The notes beneath the pieces were generated by a model, which was given only the letters and a program-made list of their open reading frames with translations, was not told where the DNA came from and did not search any database. Source: Blastocladiella emersonii ATCC 22665 (lineage: Eukaryota; Fungi; Blastocladiomycota). Taken from it: DNA of 64,000 nt. The position numbers and the translations under genes were made by a program. Each line of letters begins with the position of its first letter. The first letter of the stretch is position 1. The DNA lies in the NCBI GenBank assembly GCA_025594325.1, contig JANHCV010000004.1:868001-932000 (forward strand), given 5' to 3'. Shown piece by piece: positions 56,088 to 64,000 of the stretch.

Positions 56088-57386
56088 ATGGTCAATTCCG
56101 CTCTGTGTTTCGGCCTCAATTACCCGGGCACCGAGGACGCGCTCCAGGGCTGCGACCTGGACGCCGGGACCATGACGGGTGTCGCCGCAAACATGGGCAT
56201 CGAGAACGTCCAGACGGTCACCGACGATGCCGGTCCGGTGACGCGCGAGCAGATTCTCGAGGGTCTTCGCGAGATGGTCGCTCAGGTGCGTTGGATCGAA
56301 GACCTGATCGCTCGTGGCCACGCTCACACGGCTCGCACCAAACCTGTATAGGCCCAGCCCGGCGACTCGCTCCTCTTCTCGTTCGCGGGCCACGGCGGCC
56401 AGACGGCCGATCTGAACGGCGACGAGCAGGACGGGCAGGACGAGGTGATTTGGGCCAGCGACGGCCCGGTCACGGACGACGAGATCCGCGCGATCCTGGC
56501 CGAGCTGCCCGAGGGCGCCAACATGACGATGGTGTACGATAGTTGCGCGTCGGGGACGATCGCGGACCTCGACCTTAGTGACACGGACATTCCCGGCAAC
56601 GTCGTGGTCATGTCGGCGACCGCGCCGAACCAGGAGTCGCTGGGCGGTGCCGACGGCGGCCGGTTCACCAACGCGCTCGCCGACGTGATTGCCAACAACC
56701 CGGGTGTCTCGTGGGCCGACGCCGCCGTGCTCGTCGACCAGGCCGACGGGAACCACGGCCAGTCCGCCAACGTGTCGGCCAACCGCCCAGAGCTCCTGTA
56801 CGAGCCCGCGTTTGGTCCCGTCGGCGAGATGTCGCGCGATATGCCCACGGACGCGGCCGCGATCGGGTCGGCGCTCGCGACCGAGGACCGCGACGGCGAC
56901 GGGTACGCGGAGCGCAGCGTCGAGACGTTCGAGGACGGGACCGTGGTCGAGCGCATCGACCTTGACGGCGACGGGATCACGGACGTGACGGCCGTGCACC
57001 TGTCGGACGGCACCACGTACATTGAGCACGACGCCAACGGTGACGGCGTCGCCGACACGATCGCGACGTTTGCGGCCGACGGCACCGTGACGTACGTGGC
57101 GACCGACGCGCCGGCGTACTCGGGCGGCGCCGAGGGCGCCGACGGGTACATGGAGACGCGCCTCGAGACCCACCTCGACGGGACGCAGGTCATTAGCGTC
57201 GACTACGACGGTGATTTGGTTCTCGACACGGTCGCCGACGCCAACAACGACGGTCTGATCGACGGCGCCATGGACGTGAACCTCGACGGCACCTCGGACC
57301 TCACGTACGCCCAGGATCTCGCGGCCGACGTGTCCGAGCTTGCTGCGATCGCCGACATTGACATTGGCGGCGACATATGCTGCTAA
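56088..57386 (+). CDS. Metacaspase (peptidase C14B), no prodomain, with C-terminal Dx[DN]xDG repeats; 410 aa, 2 exons
   Basis: ALCFGLNY...LQGCDLDA, FAGHG (His codon 56391), DLNGDEQDGQDEVI, YDSCASGT (Cys codon 56544) and p10 MSA...Q-S...GRFTNAL. Intron 56286-56351 (gtgcgt...tag) splices in frame. Confidence 0.88.
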
Positions 57387-57651
57387 GCGGTTGTTGCGTG
57401 GGACGCGGTTTGTTCCTTGTTCGATACAAGGTCTTTTCTTTTACAATCTCGTCACACCCTCGTCTTCGATTTCTTGTTCACCTGCAGCAGCCTCACGACA
57501 AATTGACGCGTCTTTGAATCAAACTTTCGCAATGTATTCAGGTCAAATCACGCCACCTCCACCTCGACCGGCTACCACTCGTCGGGGATCTCGTGGAAGA
57601 TGGGCACCTTGCTCTCGAACCGCGACGCGAGGTCTACGCGATTCCGCCATG

Positions 57652-58913
57652 TCAGTCACCACGCTCGACCTCCTCGCTGCACGCGAAAATCGTACCGAGA
57701 TACCGCCGGGGCTGATCCATGGCGAGCCCCGCAGCCGCCGGGTCGCTGGCCTCGATGAGCGCGTGGGCGGTGGCGGCGACGAGGTCGGACGCGGTGCACG
57801 ACTTGGCGCCCGCGGCGCCGGGCGTGGTGGTGAGCGAAACTAGGCCGTGCTTGCCCGAGGCGGCGGTCGGGCAGCGAGATGGGTGGCGGGTAGACGACGA
57901 CGACGACGCCGAGCGGGAACTCGGGCGGCGGCCGTGGTGGTGCAGCACCTCGATCTCGCCGGCGTCCGGACACCGCGCGGCGAGCGGGACGGGGTCCACG
58001 AGCGACCCGGGTGCCGCCGCTGCCGCCGCGACGGCGGGCATCCCCGCGCCGGCGTCGCCGTTGACCTGGTGCGGGTTGTATTTATCGACGAGGGCGGCGA
58101 GCGAGACGCACGCGTCATCGACGAGTTCCCAGTCGTCGTCGACGCGGACGTTGAGTCGTGGGGTGGGCGGGGATGCGGCGATGGCACCCGAGTGCTGCTG
58201 GACGACGCCGTAGAGGCGCCACGCGCCCGTCGAGAGGAGGGCGAGGCGGCCGACGTGGAACTCGCCTTCGAGGTAGTCGAGGTCGCGCTCGCTGCGCGAC
58301 TGGAGCCGGCTGACGAGCAGGACGGGCTCGTCGACGTGGATCTGCACCGCCGCGTCGTGGTAGCTGAAGGTCGACAGCCGCGCGAGCCAGCCCTGCACGC
58401 GGAACTTGCGGCCGTCGATGCTACGGTGGCCGGGTGTTAGTGTGAGCCCTGCGTGTGCGAGCAGCGAGGGAAAGGCGAAGCGTACATGAGGCAGCCGACG
58501 GCGTAGACATGAACCGACTTGACGCGCGACAGCGGCACCGACAGCGCGAGCCGCAGCGACGCGTGCGCGCGGTGGTACTCGGCGAGGCGCGGGAACCGCG
58601 GCGGCGTCGCGCTCGGCAGCGTCGTCAGCGACATGCCCGCGTCGCGCATGCCTACGCGCGTGCGCGTGGTACGGTACGTGGCTCGCGTCAGCTTTGCACG
58701 CCGAGCAGCATGAGCGGCGGCGAGGCGGCGAAGCGTACTCGGGTACTCGAGCGGGCGAGCGATCCACGGGTGCGCCATGGCCGTCGCCGTTGCCGGCGGC
58801 GCGTCAGTCGCGGTGGTCGAGGTTGCCGAAGCCGTCGCGGGCGCCGGTCCAGCGGGCGCGGGCGCAGGCGCGGCGAGGTTGGTCGCGGTGGTCGTAGTAG
58901 CGGTCGTTGCCAT
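57652..58913 (-). CDS. Hypothetical protein, at least 2 exons
   Basis: Thr/Ala-rich start. A gtacgc intron at about 58487-58421 joins VYAVGCLM to a beta-rich IDGRKFRVQGWL...LYGVV region. No domain recognised. Confidence 0.5.
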
Positions 58914-59659
58914 TGCAGTGCGTCGTCGTCGTCGTGCGAGTGGCTCGCTACCGTCAGCAGCGGCAGCGGAGCCGCAACCGCGGACGGGCTATGGCCACAC
59001 TCACCCTGCCCTCACGACGGGCCGCAGCCCCGGTCTCGACGCCATGTCTCGCGGGCATCGCCCACGGCCGGCCGGGTGAGACACGCGGTCAGTCGGCCGG
59101 GGGTCGCGACCGCCGTGTGCATGCAGGTGTTCCGAGACCGCAGGCCGGTCTCGGCGCGAGCATCCGCCGTGCCTCAGACCTGTGGCCGAGCCACGGGTAG
59201 CCGGCCGCAACCGCGTCCCCCGATCCACCGTGCACCTGCGCCGGGTCGCGGGCCGCGGATCGGCCGATCAGGGTTCGCGTGTTGCATCGTGTCTCGTCCG
59301 CCTTCTCCGGATACTCTGCGACCATGCAGAGAGAGGCCGAGACGCGTCGCGAAACGCGTCGGATCACATCACGTGTGGGTAGCCGAGCCGTGATGATGTC
59401 AGAGAGCGGGTCGCTGTGAAAAGCGCGTGCGCGGTGCCGAGGAGCGCCACACCCGGCGGCCGGCTCCGACTCCGACTCCGACTCGCCCCCCTGCCCCCCT
59501 GCCTTTGAATCCCCTCTCTCTCTCTTTGCCCTGTCCGCCACAGGAGACTCGTTGTTGATTCTCTCACCTCTCTCGTACAGCGTTCGCCAACCATCATGAA
59601 TCTCTATGCACGCACTCGCTGAGCCTCCCCGCCAACACCATCGACAGTAGACCGCAACC

Positions 59660-60531
59660 ATGGCGCCCACGACCCCCGCCGCGCAGATCCTGGCCGCGCT
59701 GCCGCTGATTATCAAGTACACGGCGACGACGACGGGCCGCGACAAGGTGTACCGCCTGGTCCAGTACCTGTGCAAGTTCCTGGCCTACCGCCTCGCGCAG
59801 ACGGACTCGGCGGGCAGCAACAAGGACCTGGTCGCCAAGCTGACCAAGCTCGTCAAGCACCTGTCGCTGTCGCGCAAGCGTACGCCTTGCTCCCCCCTCG
59901 CCATCCCTCCTCGCTCGCCCTAACCCGTGCCTCGCACCCCCCCCCCCCCGTAGTGATGCGCATCGGCCGCCCGATCGAGTACGCGCAGAACCTCATCACG
60001 GGTCTGGCAACGCAGCGCGACGAGGTGATCAAGTACTGCGTGGTGGGCAAGAACGCGCTGCTGACCGTGTGGATGGGCTACGATTTCCTGGCGTGGGCGC
60101 AGGGCGTCGGGCTTTGGAAGTCGGACAACCCGACCACGTTCTCGAACCGCCTCAACAAGTTCTGGTTCTCGGGCCTCGTGTGCGGCCTCGTCAGCACCGC
60201 CTACCAGATCCATAAGAACGAGACGCGCCTCGCCGCGGTCAAGGCGGCGTCGGGGAACGCGAGCGAGGAGATTGTCAAGGAGGAGAAGGCGCTGATCGCG
60301 TACGTTTCTCACTCTGACTACTCTCGCCTTGGCCGTACTCACGCGCCCACATCGTGTAGCAACCGCCGCAAGCTCGCGCGCCAGATCTTCCAGGAGTCGC
60401 TCGACATCCTGGTCCCCGCCAAGGGTCTCGGGTACATTGGCCTTTCGGACGGCGTCATTGGCCTGACGGGCGCCCTGACCTCGCTCATGGGTGTACAGGC
60501 CCAGTGGAAGAAGGTGCACGGCGGCAAGTAA
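59660..60531 (+). CDS. PEX11: Peroxisomal biogenesis factor 11, 3 exons
   Basis: GRDKVYRLVQYLCKF, LSLSRK-MRIGRP, and C-terminal DILVPAKGLG...GLTGALTSLMG. Two gtacg introns. Confidence 0.93.
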
Positions 60532-60596
60532 CAATACAAACGCTGAAAGAATTATATCAAGTAATAGTCTCCGTCACCACCACCACCGCTGCCGCG

Positions 60597-61344
60597 TTAC
60601 TCGGCCATCTCCTCGACCGACGGGCACGTGCACACGAGGTTCTTATCGCCGAACGCGTCGTCGACGCGCTGGACGGTCGGCCACGCCTTGCGCTCGCGGA
60701 GCGACGGCATCGGGTACGCGGCCGTCTCACGCGAGTACGGGCGGTCCCACTTGTCCCCCAAGAGCGCCGAGACGGGGTGCGGCGCGTTGACGAGCGGGTT
60801 GTTGTCCTTGGGCCACTCGCCGCGCTCGATCTTGGCAATCTCCTCGCGGATGGCCAGCAGCGCGTCGGCGAACCGGTCGAGCTCGCGGAGCGACTCGGAC
60901 TCGGTGGGCTCGACCATGAGCGTGTTGGCGACGGGCCACGACATGGTGGGCGAGTGGAACCCGTAGTCGTGCATGCGCTTGGCGATGTCAACCGCCTCGA
61001 CGCCCGCCGACGCCGAGAAGCCGCGCGTGTCGAGGATGAACTCGTGCGCGCAGAACCCGTTGCCGTTCGTGTACAGGATCTTGTAGGCGCCCGCCAGGCG
61101 CTTCATGAGGTAGTTGGCGTTGAGGATCGCCGTCTCGGTCGCGCGCTTGAGCCCGTCGGCGCCCATGAGCTTGATGTACGCCCACGAGATGGGCAGGATC
61201 GACGCGCTGCCGTAGGGGGCGGCGGAGACGGGGCCGAGCGCCTTGCCGGGCTCGCCGCCGCACCGCGCCGCGTACTCGGGGTGCGGGTGCGCGGGGAGGA
61301 AGGGCGCGAGGTGCTCGCCGACGCCGATCGGGCCAACACCGGGC

Positions 61345-61388
<44 letters not shown>

Positions 61389-63662
61389 GTGGCACACGTC
61401 GGCGCCGTAGTCGCCCGGCCGGCACAGGCCGATCTGGGCGTTGAGATTGGCGCCGTCGAGGTACACCTGGCCGCCGTGCGCGTGGATGATGTCGCACACC
61501 TGGCGGATCCCGTCCTCGAACACGCCGAACGTCGACGGGTAGGTCACCATGATGGCCGCGAGGTTGGCCGCGTGCTCCTTGGCCTTGGCCTCGAGGTCGG
61601 CGAGGTCGAGGTTGCCCATCTCGTCACACGCCACGGCCACCACGCGCATACCCGCCATGGCGGCCGACGCCGGGTTCGTCCCGTGCGCGGAGACGGGGAT
61701 CAGGCACACGTCGCGGTGGGCCTCGCCGCGGGCGGCGTGGTACGCGCGGATGACGCGCAGGCCGGCGTACTCGCCCTGGGCGCCCGAGTTGGGCTGGAGC
61801 GAGACCGAGTGGAACCCGGTGCACTCGGACAGGGCGTACTCGAGCTCCTGGATGAGCTGGGCGTACCCCTTGGCCTGGTGGGCGGGGGCGAACGGGTGGA
61901 GGTTCCCGAACTCGGGCCACGTCACGGGGATCATCTCGACCGTGGCGTTGAGCTTCATGGTGCAGCTGCCGAGCGGGATCATGGCCTGGCACAGCGACAG
62001 GTCCTTGGACTCGAGGTGCCGCACGTACCGCAGCATCTCCGTCTCCGAGTGGTACGTGTTGAACACCGGGTGCGTCAGGAACGCCGACTTGCGAACGAGA
62101 GCGGCCGGGATCGACGAGGTCGCGGGCGCGGCCGTGGCGACGGCCACGGTGGGGCCCACGGCGCGCGACGTGGTCGCGAGGTACTGCGCCTTGGCCGTGG
62201 CCTGCGCGAACACGGCGAGCAGCTGCGCGATATCGGCGGCGGTCGTGGTCTCGTCGACCGAGACATTGATCTGGGTGCGGTCGGCGTTGGCGCCGAGGTT
62301 GATGTTCTTCTGCTCGGCGAGGGCGAGGAGCGACTCGGCGGTCGCGGGCGTGGTGGCGATGGTGACCGTGTCGAAGAAAGTCGCGTTGACGACCTTGTGG
62401 CCCTGTCCCTTGAGCCCCTCGGCGAGGACACCCGCGAGGGCGTGGATCTGCGAGGCAATGGCCTTGAGCCCGTTGGGCCCGTGGTAGACGGCGTACATGG
62501 CGGCCATGTTGGCGAGGAGGGCCTGGGCGGTGCAGATGTTGGAGGTGGCCTTTTCGCGGCGAATGTGCTGCTCGCGGGTCTGGAGGGCGAGGCGGTACGC
62601 CTTCTTACCGGCGGCGTCGCGGGTGACGCCAATGAGGCGGCCGGGCATGCGGCGCTTGTGGGCGTCGCCGCACGCAAAGAAGGCGGCGTGCGGGCCACCG
62701 TAGCCGAGCGGCACGCCGAGCCGCTGCGCCGAGCCGAAGGCGATGTCGGCGCCCCACTCGCCGGGCGGCGTGAGGAGCGTCAGGGCGAGCAGGTCCGTCG
62801 CGCAGCACACCTGGGCCTTGAGGGCGTGCATCTTGGTCGCAAAGGCGCGGTAGTCCTCGACGGACCCGTTGGCGGCCGGGTACTGGACGAGGGCGCCGAC
62901 GAGGTCGTCCTTGACGGCGTCAAAGTCGAAGGTTTTGTAGTCGCCGACGACGACCTTGATGCCGAACCCCTCGGCGCGGGTGCGCAGGACGGCGATGGTC
63001 TGGTCAAAGGTGTTGGCGTCGACAAAGAAGGTGTTCTTGGCGCGCTTGGCGGCGGACCAGGTCATGAGCATGGCCTCGGCGGCGGCGGTGCCCTCGTCGA
63101 GCAGCGACGCGTTGGCGACGGGGAGCCCCGTCATGTCGGTGACGAGGGTCTGGAAGTTGAGCAGCGACTCGAGCCGGCCCTGCGATATCTCGGGCTGGTA
63201 CGGCGTGTACTGCGTGTACCACCCGGGGTTCTCGAACACGTTGCGCTGGATCACGGCCGGTACCTTGGTCCCGTAGTAGCCCTTGCCAATGTACGTCTTG
63301 GCCACCACGTTCTTGCGCGCAATCTCGCGCAGGTCCGCCAGCAGCTCCGACTCGGACCGCGGCTCGCCGAGCGCGAGCGGCTCGGTGCGCCGGATCGACG
63401 CGGGGACCGTCTTGGCGATCAGCTCGTCGACCGACTTGCACCCGACCGTCTTGAGCATGGCCTGCACGTCGGCCGCGGTCGTCGGCCCGTTGTGGCGGCG
63501 CTCGAACGAGTCGAGCGGGCGGAACTCGGAGGTCGTGGCCGTCGTGGCGAGAGCGCGGCGGGCCACGGCGGGGACGGCCGAGCGGCGGACGGCGGCTCCT
63601 GCCGAGGCAACGGCGAGGCCGCGGCGCGAGAGGGACGCGAGGCGGCGGATCGAGGACGACAT
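60597..63662 (-). CDS. GCV2: Mitochondrial glycine dehydrogenase (glycine cleavage P protein), intronless
   Basis: Presequence, [52 protein letters not shown] (PLP Lys) and DKNLVCTCP. Confidence 0.97.
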
Positions 63663-64000
63663 GGTGGTTCTGTGGCAGGGGAGGTGTGAGCACTCGTCGG
63701 GCGCAGTACGGGCAGAGGGAGCGTCTGTACCTCACACACAAGCAAGAGTAAGGGGAGAAAGCACGTCCAACGCGCGCTGAAAGAGGCAAAGGGGCGAACA
63801 CGGCCGACGCGTGCGTGCGAGTGTGCGCAGCAAGTAGAGCAAGACCCGAAGAGTGCGATCGCGGCCCGTAGCAGTCGGGCGGAACGATGGGTGTGCGTAG
63901 AGTGCAGGGTGAGGGGGCAAGGGAGAGAGAAGGCGGATTGCGCACAAGGCGCGAGAGGGTGGGGCAGGCAGGGCGGCGGCGGGCGAGCACGGCGGGAACC

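Noticed and set aside
57652-58913. Gasdermin-like substrate paired with the metacaspase
   Set aside because: Protease-gasdermin pairs exist in fungi, but I see no gasdermin-like motif in this convergent ORF. A structure search would be needed to revive the idea.
10335-59360. Recurrent ACGCGT, CGCGAAA and GAGAC[AG]CG words in intergenic DNA as MCB/SCB/E2F-type elements
   Set aside because: CG-rich words are frequent by chance at this composition, and they are not restricted to cell-cycle gene promoters. A background-corrected count is needed.
60504-63689. 1061-aa plus-strand ORF, and similar long antisense ORFs (11906-13015, 17024-18358, 34278-36721, 45232-46473)
   Set aside because: These are mirror frames of real GC3-rich genes. 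Stops are rare on the antisense strand and the translations carry no motifs.

Overview
Eukaryotic, very GC-rich fungal nuclear DNA. The lineage is probably early-diverging (Blastocladiomycota-like); this is inferred from composition, short GT[ACG]CG introns and gene content, not proven. About 30 protein genes were reconstructed by hand from spliced fragments. Housekeeping genes: a partial bromodomain gene, YAH1, KTI12, two kinesins (kinesin-4-like and kinesin-5), a SUZ protein, a GCK-III STE20 kinase, DBP10, HOM2, EGT1, PEX11 and GCV2. Others: a CobD/HisC-like PLP enzyme, a C1-Pex24-DysF fusion, a hemerythrin, an S9 peptidase and three secreted or GPI-type proteins. Accessory patches hold decayed material: a SWIM-finger relic, an F-box-like relic, an LRR gene with an in-frame TGA plus an internally deleted paralog, a frameshifted ZNFX1-type helicase and an INPP4 phosphatase C-terminal fragment. 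A ~330-bp structured element with an A-rich tail occurs twice, inverted and 44 kb apart. The best candidate for an undescribed system is an intact, prodomain-less, lysine-free metacaspase fused to six Dx[DN]xDG Ca2+-binding repeats and ending in CC (56088-57386), at the edge of the decayed-fragment island. A FAM104/VCF-like motif protein and a secreted Gly-Ala / Asn-Gln repeat protein are next. No rRNA, tRNA or CRISPR array was found. All assignments come from motif recognition by eye; no database search was run.
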